Assembly: GCA_048882505.1 (NCBI GenBank) | Contig: JBHLRO010000003.1 | Span: forward strand, 180,001-212,000 | DNA length: 32,000 nucleotides | Direction: 5' to 3' | From: Candidatus Thorarchaeota archaeon | GTDB lineage: Archaea; Asgardarchaeota; Heimdallarchaeia; Hodarchaeales; Hodarchaeaceae | Part shown: positions 8,769 through 18,569 of the stretch, in pieces | Position numbering within the stretch: position 1 is the first letter of the stretch | Layout: every line of letters starts with the position of its first letter | Notes under the pieces: generated by a model | Seen by the model: the letters and a program-made list of their open reading frames with translations, nothing else | Told to the model about the DNA's origin: nothing | The model's database searches: none | Translations under genes and position numbers: made by a program

Positions 8769-8966
8769 ATGAAAACACGGATAAAAGAATATAGAGCTCG
8801 TTACAATCTTACACAAAAGCAGCTCGCGGAGCAAGTAGGTGTGAGAAGAGAAACTATCGTTTTCCTGGAAAAAGGAACCTATAATCCATCTTTAAGACTA
8901 GCTTACAATATCGCGCGGGTTCTTAACGCATCGATTGAGGAATTGTTCGTCTTCGAAGAAGAATAA
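8769..8966 (+). CDS. XRE-family helix-turn-helix transcriptional regulator
   Basis: [51 protein letters not shown]...IEELF. ATG 8769 gives the canonical length of 65 aa. Confidence 0.93.
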   Translation: MKTRIKEYRARYNLTQKQLAEQVGVRRETIVFLEKGTYNPSLRLAYNIARVLNASIEELFVFEEE

Positions 8967-9046
8967 GGAAGGTCACGTGTTATTTCTCTTGTATTCTTGG
9001 TTAGAAACGATCTATATTTCAACACGAATTGTTTTACGCCTACTCT

Positions 9047-10762
9047 TCAGTATAAAACCATTTTCTTTGAATAAGATCGAATAAAACCGAGTGAAAAAAC
9101 CAAAACTGCCACAATTACAAAAAGCCAACCAATTTGTTCCCATTGGAAATTCAAAAACAGTATACCTATCAGGTCAAAATAAGTAAAGAGTGATAGAAAC
9201 CTTAGGGGCATCAAAGATTCTCCAAAATAAGGGATGACCGCGAAGAGAATCGTCCAAGCTCCCACACCAATAACAATTCGAATTCTATATTCTGGACGTA
9301 CTATAATAGCGATAGCCATGGCCAAGCAAAAGAGCGTGATGTATAATAAGGGAATAAGGATAAAAGCAACCATTTGGTCAAATAACCGCGAATCTTTTTG
9401 AATTACGATTTGGCCAAAGAGCAGAGTTATCATGGCCAAAAAGCTGAGAAGAAGGATCTCGATTACACCTGTGAAAATTCGAAGCAATAGCACTTTTCTG
9501 GTTGTCACAGGGGTTCCATAAAGGAGATCTTGCATTCCTGCTGAATAATCTCTGTCGATGACTTTCGCAGCTAAGATAATACTGAATGGGGCAAAATAAA
9601 TCCATGTATAGCCGTAAAACTGACCCAGAAATACACCCAAAGGATCTTGGGCGACATCATACCCGCGTAGGATAGATGCTACGATTGGATTGTTCGTATA
9701 AATTGGCATCAGCTGTTCAAGCCCTTGTTCTGGGTAGGCAAAAATAATCGAAGACACCATCAATACAAGGAAAATAGAATAGCCAATAAAAAGAAAATAA
9801 TCGCTTTGGAATTGTTCGGCCGCAATCGGCGAAACTCGGTTTAAGAACCTTTGAATCGGAGAAAGCAGTTTCCCTGGTCGAACTATGGATAGCATTCCTC
9901 TAAGTGACTTTCTGCGGGGACTGATGCTACTTGACCTCGTTTGAACGGCCAATAGATCTCTTCTTCTAAAAATAATAAGTCCAGTAGCCAAAAACAAGAC
10001 TGCGAGCACAAATGGCAGTATGTTCTCGATATTAACTGGGTCTCCTTTCAATAACGTCCCATTCAATCTGAAATAATAGAGAATATTTGCATATTTTAGA
10101 TCCTCTAAAGCGGGGTTAAAACCCAACGCAAAAACTATCAGATATGAGTAGATAAATAGCAATCCACCAAATCCACGAGCCAGGTCGCCTCTTAGAGTAA
10201 TTAAACTAACCGAAAAGGTTAGAAAATAGAATGTAAGCGTTGATAACCAAAGAATGAAAAAGGCTATTGCTACTCGTTCGAATGGAATAGGCAAATTGAA
10301 AAAAAGGAATACGGTTGGGATCTGTAGAAACATTAGGGTTAGGATGGACGTGATGAGTATTATATGAGAAAAAATGTGTCTAATCGTGACATTGATTTTT
10401 CGATTGGACGTGGATAAGTAAATATCCGCCATACCAGATCGAACCTCGTCGGGTAATCCCGCTCCCCCAAGCCATAATCCTACAATTGGAAAGAGGTTCG
10501 TAGCATACAGTAAAAAGTAGACTAGAATAAAAAACAGGTAAACCTCTGGGTTTTCCCCTCCCACTTCAACTAGAAATTCACCTATGATCGCCTCTCCAAA
10601 CGGTGAGTCAGTCAGGCCGTAGAAGGCTAATACCCCCTCCTCGCCTGGGTATGCAGTTACACTAAGGGTAACACCGAATAATCCGATGAAGAATAAGAAT
10701 ATGTAAAGAAACCGATTTTGGCGCCAGATGATCCGAAGGCTCTCGATCCACATCCGAATCAA
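9047..10762 (-). CDS. ABC-2 exporter permease with two fused, duplicated transmembrane domains
   Basis: 571 aa with two homologous halves (AYP...GMADIYLST and AYP...GMQDLLYGTP), each with several TM segments. Lies directly after the ATPase. Confidence 0.85.
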   Translation of the reverse strand: MIRMWIESLRIIWRQNRFLYIFLFFIGLFGVTLSVTAYPGEEGVLAFYGLTDSPFGEAIIGEFLVEVGGENPEVYLFFILVYFLLYATNLFPIVGLWLGGAGLPDEVRSGMADIYLSTSNRKINVTIRHIFSHIILITSILTLMFLQIPTVFLFFNLPIPFERVAIAFFILWLSTLTFYFLTFSVSLITLRGDLARGFGGLLFIYSYLIVFALGFNPALEDLKYANILYYFRLNGTLLKGDPVNIENILPFVLAVLFLATGLIIFRRRDLLAVQTRSSSISPRRKSLRGMLSIVRPGKLLSPIQRFLNRVSPIAAEQFQSDYFLFIGYSIFLVLMVSSIIFAYPEQGLEQLMPIYTNNPIVASILRGYDVAQDPLGVFLGQFYGYTWIYFAPFSIILAAKVIDRDYSAGMQDLLYGTPVTTRKVLLLRIFTGVIEILLLSFLAMITLLFGQIVIQKDSRLFDQMVAFILIPLLYITLFCLAMAIAIIVRPEYRIRIVIGVGAWTILFAVIPYFGESLMPLRFLSLFTYFDLIGILFLNFQWEQIGWLFVIVAVLVFSLGFIRSYSKKMVLY

Positions 10763-10764
10763 GA

Positions 10765-11703
10765 CTAACCCTCCTTTGGTTCCTCATAGTATTGCATGAA
10801 ATAATCTTCCAGACTAGGGGCGGGAATCGTTACCTCTCCTAAAGGTAGATTCAGGTCTTGGAGAACCCGAAAAATCGCAGAAAAATCCGGATTTGGCTTA
10901 TCAAACCATAATTCATACTTGCGACCATCACTGTTGGATGCAGGTTTGAAGGTGCTCACATAAGGAATTTTTGCCAGATCCTCGGGGCGACCGATTTCGC
11001 CCAACGACACAATCATCTTTCGTGGGATTTTCTCGCTCAACTGCTCGATTAGGTCATGACTCACTAATTTCCCCTCCTTAATGATGGCTACTTCATCACA
11101 GATCTTTTGGACTTCGTCAAGATTATGGGAGGAAAAGAAAATTGTCTTTCCGCGGGATTTAAACTCCGTTAATACCTTATACAATCGTGTTTGCATCAGA
11201 GGATCAAGGCCCGCTGTGGGTTCATCCAAAATAACGAGATCTGGATCATGCATTAGCGCCTGTACTAATCCCACCTTCTGTCTGTTTCCTTTGCTTAGCT
11301 GATGGACCCGTCTAGTTTCATCAAGGTCAAATCTTGTAACCAATTCAGCTCGAAGAGAAATTGGTTTTTTCCTCAGCGCTGCAAAGTAATCCAGCATTTC
11401 CTTAACGGAAAAGTGCCGATACAGATCAAAGTCGCCAGGCAGATATCCGATTTTTTCTTTCAAAAGATAGTTGGAATCCCAGTTAGCAATCTCCTGATCA
11501 AAGATCCTGACATTTCCTCTAGATTTGTTGATGATCCCAAGTAAACACCTTATGGTTGTAGTTTTTCCCGCACCATTAGGACCTAAGAATCCAAATATCC
11601 TTCCTTTTTTAATGGTTAGGGTTAAATCTTCTATTCCCCGAATTTTACCGTAATATTTCGTCAAATCTCGAAGTTCCACCACATTCCCATCTGTTTCAGT
11701 CAT
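10765..11703 (-). CDS. ABC-2 type exporter ATP-binding protein
   Basis: GPNGAGKT, LSKGNRQK, LVILDEPT and SSH motifs, plus a C-terminal extension ending PSLEDYF. Confidence 0.95.
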   Translation of the reverse strand: MTETDGNVVELRDLTKYYGKIRGIEDLTLTIKKGRIFGFLGPNGAGKTTTIRCLLGIINKSRGNVRIFDQEIANWDSNYLLKEKIGYLPGDFDLYRHFSVKEMLDYFAALRKKPISLRAELVTRFDLDETRRVHQLSKGNRQKVGLVQALMHDPDLVILDEPTAGLDPLMQTRLYKVLTEFKSRGKTIFFSSHNLDEVQKICDEVAIIKEGKLVSHDLIEQLSEKIPRKMIVSLGEIGRPEDLAKIPYVSTFKPASNSDGRKYELWFDKPNPDFSAIFRVLQDLNLPLGEVTIPAPSLEDYFMQYYEEPKEG

Positions 11704-11961
11704 GATATCATACCTCGGGTGCTGGATGCTAAATACATGCTCTTATATATGATTGTTTGCATGCGTGAACTTTCCACATTAAATCAGGTAAAAACTAAAA
11801 AATATGGTTAGGATGATGCGATGATGCGGTTGCATATAGTGGGATTATGATTTACCTGACAGTAGAAATGAGTAATCCTTTCCCTGCAACCTTACAACAG
11901 TTTTTTCAGGTGCAAAATTCTCAACGGCAGGATTAATAACTTCAAAAGGGATTGTAAACAG

Positions 11962-12147
11962 TTACAACACTGAATTTGGAGCTAAGAGTATAAAGACTGT
12001 CGTCAAAACCAAAAATCGCCTCTCTCTATGTTTCATATAGAAATCAAGAAATACAACGCCACCGATCATTCGAATAAATGCGAAACTTAGCACGATAAAG
12101 GGATAGCTCTCTTTACTGATCAGACAAGCAGTAACCGCCTTAACCAA
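11962..12147 (-). pseudogene. Possible membrane-protein fragment
   Basis: 61-aa hydrophobic ORF in a 580-nt gap. The reading frame continues for about 40 codons after the TAA, and there is no convincing start. Confidence 0.2.
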
Positions 12148-12282
12148 TAAGAAGGGATCATTCTGAAAAACAAGGGGAGGGGAATATGACCTTCGATGAC
12201 AAGGCTGGCAAAAGCTATTCTCACAATGGGGCGTAGTTCAGATTATTACCCCGAAATCCATCTGGGTGATTCATCCGGAATA

Positions 12283-13674
12283 TTATTTGGTAGCTGTAGT
12301 TATGCGACAATCTCTCACACGGACGGTCGGGATCCATGTGGGTACGAAAACCTGCCACCACTCGACCTGAACTCTATCATTACCCATGGCATCGATATTG
12401 GCAAAATGGCTTAGGATGTTATCACTGATACGGAAGTTCTTTACTGGAGTCCTGAGTTCGCCGTTTTCAACAAGAAAAGCGGCATCTCGTGGGATGGTAC
12501 TGTACTCTGTGGAGATACGGCTCGTATAGCGGGTGTACCAGTTGCAGGTTACATAAAGGGTTGGCCTGGATCCATTCTCTAATAATTCATCAAAGTTATG
12601 GTCACCATTATTGAAAACCGTATTAGATGGGGAAGGAGCTAATGCCTTGGCTCTTCCCGCTAATGGGACTAAATCGCTATTTCCAGTTGATTCTGTTTGA
12701 AACAATTCAGCAGTGGATGTATTATGAATAAAATTTACGAGAACGCCATCCGAAAAAATCGGGGTGTTCTGACGGGGGTACCCCTCTAGGTCGAAAGGTG
12801 CAGTCCCTAGGCCATCGGGCTGTAATCCATTATCATAGACCGACACAAATTCAGGGCCAAGCTTGTCACCCATTTTATCCTCCAATGGGCTCATTCCCAT
12901 CATAACCGCAAAGGGGCTTGCTCCCCGAGGGATAACTGCGAGAATGTTTGCCGCTACCGCAGGTGACATAATTATGTCGTATTTGCCAGGGGCGGCTTGG
13001 ATTGCACCCTGATGCATTTTAGAAAATCGTCCCGCTCGCTCACCTGCAACTAGGAGGTCATTTTCAGCTTTAGACGGTATACACCCGCAGGCCAATCCTT
13101 GTCCAGAGGCATCCAATTCTTCCTGAAATGCTCTAATAGTCATATTGAAGAAAGTATCGTTATAAGTGCCCCGTGGTCCAGCCGAACTGGCAAAGGACAG
13201 AGTTTTTTTTCCAAAAAAATACGAGCCTGCGACTCTTTTAGCGCCAGCTTCTAGGGCTCGATCGATACAGTTATTCACATCCTCTGGTGCCTTATCCCTA
13301 TATTCGTCAATCCTAGGATCTTTTTGCTGCGGAATGGGCGAATACATCTCCGATGTGTCTGTTATCCCCTTAAAAAACGGACTAAAGGGCATATGTTTTG
13401 CAAACTTGGCCATTGATATCAGTTGGTTCTTGACCATGTCTTTGGAGGAAGGTGTAAACTCTCCAATTGTCACTCGGTCTCCGTCAACGACCATTAAAAC
13501 ATGTAGTGTCTTTGAACTCCATTGTTTATTGATGTCGATCTTGTTTTGGGAAAATCGAATTTGGTTCTTCGTTTCCGCTATACCTCGGACAATCAATGCA
13601 TCTATATCCATCCCTTGTCCTAGCTCTTGGCTGTAATCCACAAAGGATTGTAAGGATTCACTCATAGGTTTCAC
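12283..13674 (-). CDS. tldE: TldE/PmbA-family protein (non-catalytic partner)
   Basis: PGKYDIIMSP, PFDLEG, DGVL..FIH, ENGEL..PVKNFRI. No HExxGH motif. Follows tldD by 3 nt. Confidence 0.85.
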   Translation of the reverse strand: MKPMSESLQSFVDYSQELGQGMDIDALIVRGIAETKNQIRFSQNKIDINKQWSSKTLHVLMVVDGDRVTIGEFTPSSKDMVKNQLISMAKFAKHMPFSPFFKGITDTSEMYSPIPQQKDPRIDEYRDKAPEDVNNCIDRALEAGAKRVAGSYFFGKKTLSFASSAGPRGTYNDTFFNMTIRAFQEELDASGQGLACGCIPSKAENDLLVAGERAGRFSKMHQGAIQAAPGKYDIIMSPAVAANILAVIPRGASPFAVMMGMSPLEDKMGDKLGPEFVSVYDNGLQPDGLGTAPFDLEGYPRQNTPIFSDGVLVNFIHNTSTAELFQTESTGNSDLVPLAGRAKALAPSPSNTVFNNGDHNFDELLENGSRPTLYVTCNWYTRYTSRISTEYSTIPRDAAFLVENGELRTPVKNFRISDNILSHFANIDAMGNDRVQVEWWQVFVPTWIPTVRVRDCRITTATK

Positions 13675-13677
13675 CAG

Positions 13678-15093
13678 TCATCCAAGACGTATGTTTCGCA
13701 TCCTAATACTTCCTCCACCGGCATAGACGGGTACACCTTGACTGGGATCGCTCTTTCCGCAAGTACCGGGAAAGTCAAATGCAAGATCCTTTCCCACCGC
13801 ATCTATTGAAGAGAACAGGCCGATGCTAGTCAATTCCATCGTCGGTCTTCGAACCATAGTATCGGTAATCTCTCCATCTTGTATCAAATAACATTCGAAT
13901 CCAACGTATTTACTTTGATATCGGCGATCATCAATGTTCCACTCTGTGAATGATAGCATGTAAATGCCGTGTTTTACGTCCTCAACGAGTTCTTCAAACG
14001 TGTAATCACCAGGTTTCATATAGGTGTTTGCCATTCTAATGATAGGCTCACGATTGAAATCCACAGACCGAGCGGCACCATTGGAACCCATTCCGAATTT
14101 CGTTCCATATTCTCGGTTCAGTAACGGCTCGTTTATTATACCCTCTTTAATCAGAATTCTTTCCCGAGTTTTTACTCCTTCATCATCGTACAAATAAAAC
14201 CCGCCCGTTCCAGGAATGGTTGGATCCTCAGCAATGGTGACATGCTCTGTACCAACCCGAGACTCCCCTAAGGTTAAGTCTCGCCAAAATGATTCACCTG
14301 CTTGGGCTCCTTCGCGTCCCATTATGCGATCACCCTCACTTGGATGTCCACAATTCTCATGACAAATGATCCCCACGACTTCGGGGCCCACCACAAAGTC
14401 GACAACATCCTTTAATGTATTATCTGATTGTTCTGCCACCTTTTTGATCTTCTTACATTCGGTTTCAAACTCATCGATCCACGTTTTGGTTCCTTCCCAA
14501 CCAGTTGAACGTGTAAGATCCAAAAATCTTTGCTCAGAGTCGAGAAGACCTTTGATTGTCAACAATCCACGATATTTAAGCATAGACAAATCCGCATCGA
14601 TTTGAGTCCCCTCAGAAGTAACCAAATACTTGGTATATGTTTGCGCCTCATATATAGCCACTCTAGTGTTGATTCCTATTGTTTCAGCTCGCTTATCCAT
14701 TTCTTGGAGAAGGCTTACCATCACCTCGGTATCCTGATCAGCTAAATTCTGTTTCACTGGCACGCCCCATGACCCCTGGTTCGAAATCGGGGCTCCAAGC
14801 TCTATCTTTTCTTCAGGATTTGATGCCCTCGCTAGTTTGACTCCCGCCTGAATAGCTTCTTTTACAGCCTTTCGTGTCAAATCGTCTACTGAAACAAACC
14901 CAAGTCCACCATTTTTGAGAACACGGAACCCAATTCCTTGCCAGGAAGGCATTTCCGCACCAGACATCACGTTTCCATTACGCAAGACCAAATTTACATT
15001 TTTCCCTTTAATTAAACGAGCCTCTGCGTATTCTGCGCCCTGTTCTTGAGCGAATTCAACCCCAAAGTCGGCCAAACCTTTTGCAAATGACAT
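13678..15093 (-). CDS. tldD: TldD-family metalloprotease
   Basis: HENCGH (HExxGH), DDEGV, RMANTYM.PG and the C-terminal Cys ligand in GTCGK. Confidence 0.92.
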   Translation of the reverse strand: MSFAKGLADFGVEFAQEQGAEYAEARLIKGKNVNLVLRNGNVMSGAEMPSWQGIGFRVLKNGGLGFVSVDDLTRKAVKEAIQAGVKLARASNPEEKIELGAPISNQGSWGVPVKQNLADQDTEVMVSLLQEMDKRAETIGINTRVAIYEAQTYTKYLVTSEGTQIDADLSMLKYRGLLTIKGLLDSEQRFLDLTRSTGWEGTKTWIDEFETECKKIKKVAEQSDNTLKDVVDFVVGPEVVGIICHENCGHPSEGDRIMGREGAQAGESFWRDLTLGESRVGTEHVTIAEDPTIPGTGGFYLYDDEGVKTRERILIKEGIINEPLLNREYGTKFGMGSNGAARSVDFNREPIIRMANTYMKPGDYTFEELVEDVKHGIYMLSFTEWNIDDRRYQSKYVGFECYLIQDGEITDTMVRRPTMELTSIGLFSSIDAVGKDLAFDFPGTCGKSDPSQGVPVYAGGGSIRMRNIRLG

Positions 15094-15164
15094 ATTCCAA
15101 GCACCCTACAACATCAACTAAATTAAGGACTCCCCGTTGACATCTAAAATTCATTATGGCGTTT

Positions 15165-16370
15165 CTAATCTAACTTTTTCTTCCTTAAGTTGCGAGTAAT
15201 TAGGAACAGGGTGCCAACTGCGGCAGAATAGGTGCCAGCCGTAATCAAGAAGGAGATTGTGAAATCTCCTGTTTCTGTGATTAATAAAGCACTTATTGAA
15301 GGGCTGCCTCCTCTACCAATTCGGTCTCCCGCTTGCATAAGTGATTGAGCAGTTGCCCTATTTGTTTCCGAGACATTTTCTTGCAGTATGGCAATTTGTG
15401 CTGGACGGCTCATATTCATCAATGCCATCCGAAAAAAGAAGGCAAGTAGCGAGACAGAAAAAACGTTGCTTAACGCTAAAACGATTGTTAATGGAATTGA
15501 AAGTCCCTCTGTTAAATAAATGACCTTTATATCACTCATTCGGGCCGCTAGCAGGGGTATGCCACTCATGAAAATCGTTGTAATTATCTGAGCTATACCG
15601 TTTAGGATATTCACTTCGGACGGACCAAGGGAAAATCGCTGAACAAAGTAAGGTTGCGTGAAAGGAACCAGAAATCCTGCACCAAATCCAATTATCAAAT
15701 TTATGACCAAAAATCCCAGAATGAACTGTCCTTGAGGAGTTTTTATCATATGCCCAAAACTGAAGGTCTTTTCAGTTAAGTCATGGGGAGGTTTGCTGTT
15801 TTGCCTGTCTTCATCGCTAATCAAGAATAAAGAGGGAAATAATGAAAATCCAACACTCAAAAGTGTTGTAATCATTGTAAACTGCAGATTGTAATATGAA
15901 AACTCATTTTGTGCAAGTGCGAAGAAGAAAGCGGACACAAAATAACCTAATGATAAACTTGCCCACCGAGCGGTTTCATTTCGGGTAAAAACATTGATTT
16001 TATCTATTTCGTTATTGTGTGCTAAGATGGCCACTCGACTCGGCATCACGGCTCCATTGGCCAACCCAACACCAGCGATACCGTACAACAGATACTCCCA
16101 TGAAGGAGCGAATGCAATGAAAGCATAGGATCCTATATAAACAAGTGTGCCTGCTATCAACAAACGCTTATGTCCGAATCTATCAGCTAAAATCGCCGCA
16201 GGAAGAAGAAAAATTAAGTTTGACACGACTCGGGCAGATTGGATGAATCCATAATCCACCAGGCTTCCGCCAAGAACCGTAACATATGAGGGAAAATTCC
16301 CCCTCGAAAAGGATTCTCCAAATGCAAGAAGGGCGGTTCCCAAATAAACAAGAACATTAGTTTTGTTCAT
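15165..16370 (-). CDS. Major facilitator superfamily transporter
   Basis: About 12 TM segments and motif A (LADRFGHKR). Confidence 0.92.
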   Translation of the reverse strand: MNKTNVLVYLGTALLAFGESFSRGNFPSYVTVLGGSLVDYGFIQSARVVSNLIFLLPAAILADRFGHKRLLIAGTLVYIGSYAFIAFAPSWEYLLYGIAGVGLANGAVMPSRVAILAHNNEIDKINVFTRNETARWASLSLGYFVSAFFFALAQNEFSYYNLQFTMITTLLSVGFSLFPSLFLISDEDRQNSKPPHDLTEKTFSFGHMIKTPQGQFILGFLVINLIIGFGAGFLVPFTQPYFVQRFSLGPSEVNILNGIAQIITTIFMSGIPLLAARMSDIKVIYLTEGLSIPLTIVLALSNVFSVSLLAFFFRMALMNMSRPAQIAILQENVSETNRATAQSLMQAGDRIGRGGSPSISALLITETGDFTISFLITAGTYSAAVGTLFLITRNLRKKKLD

Positions 16371-16754
16371 GTCAATGTTTCTCTTGTTTTTGCGCTTACT
16401 TTGACGTGAAACAATACTGAATTATTATTTTATTTGAACAAGAGCTAAAAGAGTTCGGAATAAGACGCCTAGTTCAAAATCGGATTAATAATCTCGACTG
16501 TTAATATTCCTTAAAATTCTCCCAAGTTTCCTATATCGCAAGGAGAATGCCTCTGTTTTCGAAAACTTGAGTCATTCGAGATATCTTGATTTATGTAAGG
16601 ACTTTCTAGAGACCCAAAATGGTCTTGGTTTTATGAAAGTCTCCCCCTTTATTTTCTCCAGGTTACAATCTAAATCTAGGGTCCGTCACGCCTATCTTGG
16701 TTGATCAAGGAAAACTCGAGAACAAATCGCAGCCAAACTGGGATAAATGGTCGA

Positions 16755-17087
16755 TCATTCTGATGGATTTTCCCTTCCCGTCGCAAGCGCTGCAATCAGC
16801 TTACAGATCTCAAGTATCATTGGATCTGTTAATGAATAGTAAACTTCATTTTTTTTTCTTTGGCAATCAACAATTCCTTTCTCCCTCAATACGCGTAGGT
16901 GTTGGGAAATATACGGTTGGGGACGTTCTGTCTCGATTTCAATTTGACTAACGTTTTTTGGGCCATTTTCCAAAACATGGATTAGTTTAAGGCGAAAGGG
17001 ATGTGTTAGCGATTGACATAATCTTGCTGTAAGCTCTAACGCTCTTTCATCCTCAGTGGAAAATTTAGAATCTAATTTAGAGCTCAT
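16755..17087 (-). CDS. ArsR/SmtB-family transcriptional regulator with three Cys
   Basis: SLTHPFRLKLIHVL, VSQI, ISQHLRVLREKGIV, VYYSL. Start ATG 17087 (MSSKL) preferred; the longer ORF would run through the divergent promoter. Confidence 0.9.
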   Translation of the reverse strand: MSSKLDSKFSTEDERALELTARLCQSLTHPFRLKLIHVLENGPKNVSQIEIETERPQPYISQHLRVLREKGIVDCQRKKNEVYYSLTDPMILEICKLIAALATGRENPSE

Positions 17088-17114
17088 ATTACTCTCATTG
17101 AGAATATGCCATAG

Positions 17115-17163
17115 ACCATATATAAGCCCTATGGTAATATTCAAGAAAAGCAATATTTATAAA
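17115..17163. promoter_or_regulatory. Divergent ArsR/PDO promoter: ACCATA-N9-TATGGT inverted repeat around a TATA-like TATATAA, plus palindromic TTTATAAA
   Basis: ACCATA at 17115-17120, TATGGT at 17130-17135, TTTATAAA at 17156-17163. Confidence 0.45.
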
Positions 17164-17204
17164 TTTTGAATTAAAGGTATATTTAGATCTTCTAGGTGCA
17201 TAAA

Positions 17205-17867
17205 ATGGCAACCGAAGTAAAAATACGAATTGAAGATAAAATTTTGAACGAAGTCCGCCAGATGTTTGAAGACATCGGTCACGACGTTACGCTTCATATG
17301 TTTACCTCAAAGGAGCATTGTCTATTATGCAACGAGACTCTCGCATTGGCAGAGCAGGTCGCAGAACAGTCAGACAAGATCACTTTGAATCACTGTGAAT
17401 GTGAAAATCTGGAATCGGAGCTTGCGAAAAAGTGGAAAATTGCTCGGCACCCTGCAATTGCCATTGAAGGGCTTTCCAAAGGCCTAATACACTTCTATGG
17501 AATTCCGAGCGGGTATGAGTTTGGATCGCTAATCGAGTCGCTTATCTTGGCGGGTAAGGATGGACACCTTGATCTAGATCCTCAGATAGTTGAAGAACTA
17601 GAAAAAATCGATCAACCAGTACATATCCAAGTGTTCGTGACCCCTACTTGTCCATATTGTCCACGTGCTGTTCTAGCAGCCATTAAATTTGCAATGGTGA
17701 ATGAAAACATAACTGCAGACTGCATAGAGGCTACTGAGTTCATAGACCTATCAAACCAGTATGGTGTCCACGGAGTACCAAAAACCATCATCAATGATGT
17801 AGTAGAGGTCATAGGTGCTGTTCCAGAACAGGCACTTCTAGCGAAAGTCAAAGAGGCCCTCAGATAA
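17205..17867 (+). CDS. Protein disulfide oxidoreductase (PDO, archaeal glutaredoxin-like, two thioredoxin folds)
   Basis: CLLC and CPYC active sites, FYGIPSGYEFGSL, FVTPTCPYCP and VHGVPKT. Confidence 0.93.
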   Translation: MATEVKIRIEDKILNEVRQMFEDIGHDVTLHMFTSKEHCLLCNETLALAEQVAEQSDKITLNHCECENLESELAKKWKIARHPAIAIEGLSKGLIHFYGIPSGYEFGSLIESLILAGKDGHLDLDPQIVEELEKIDQPVHIQVFVTPTCPYCPRAVLAAIKFAMVNENITADCIEATEFIDLSNQYGVHGVPKTIINDVVEVIGAVPEQALLAKVKEALR

Positions 17868-17887
17868 CTGGGGACTAAACAATCTCC

Positions 17888-17896
17888 TTTTTTTTT
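17888..17896 (+). terminator. Oligo-T archaeal terminator candidate after PDO
   Basis: T9 run 21 nt after the PDO stop codon. Confidence 0.45.
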
Positions 17897-17922
17897 CCAT
17901 ATGAATTTGGGCCGAGAATATA

Positions 17923-18522
17923 ATGGACCGAATAACAGAGACTTTTTTTAATTCCGGCCAAAGTTACGATGAGATGTTGGCAGAGGCTTCCGAAAACCAG
18001 AGAATGAAGTTTGAATTGAATTTTCAACGAGGCCAGAAAAACTTCGGAGATGAATCCTTTGTCATGGATCTGGAATATTCACTCAATATAATCGCAGTGG
18101 GCGCCCCTTGGTGCTTTGATTGCAAGATGTATCTTCCTATCCTCGAATTACTCGTTCGATCCAACCCTCGCCTTCGAGTTCGATATTTTAATAAGGATCA
18201 TTACCCCTTTTTGTGTGAACGCATGAATGGAGGGGAAAAGATCCCGCAAATTCTCATATATGCGCCAGATTACGTATATGTTGCTCGTTGGATCGAACGA
18301 CCTACTCTTACGTCACAATTGATCTCAAGTATTCGAAGAGATCTCGGGTGGGAGCGTTCCGTTCAGGAACAATATAATATCATATACCACCGTGCACTAT
18401 TGAAAGACTTGAAAGCGTTTCAAGCTGCTTTTCTACAGGAAATCAAAACCTTGTTAATTCGGACTAATGTAGTCTTAGGTACGACGAAGCGTTTTTACGT
18501 CGCGACCGTTCAAGAAAAATAA
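17923..18522 (+). CDS. Thioredoxin-family protein (Thioredoxin_9-like)
   Basis: APWCFDC (WCxDC) active site and GGEKIP cis-Pro loop. Confidence 0.85.
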   Translation: MDRITETFFNSGQSYDEMLAEASENQRMKFELNFQRGQKNFGDESFVMDLEYSLNIIAVGAPWCFDCKMYLPILELLVRSNPRLRVRYFNKDHYPFLCERMNGGEKIPQILIYAPDYVYVARWIERPTLTSQLISSIRRDLGWERSVQEQYNIIYHRALLKDLKAFQAAFLQEIKTLLIRTNVVLGTTKRFYVATVQEK

Positions 18523-18569
18523 TGCCATAGCAGAGGTTCGACTTTTACCTCTTTGGATAGTGCGAGCTT

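Noticed and set aside
16570-16746. Plus-strand frame ...HAYLG-TGA-SRKTREQIAAKLG, considered as a selenoprotein or HTH remnant
   Set aside because: No Cys/Sec-type redox context, no SECIS recognised, no good start, and the HTH resemblance is too short to support.
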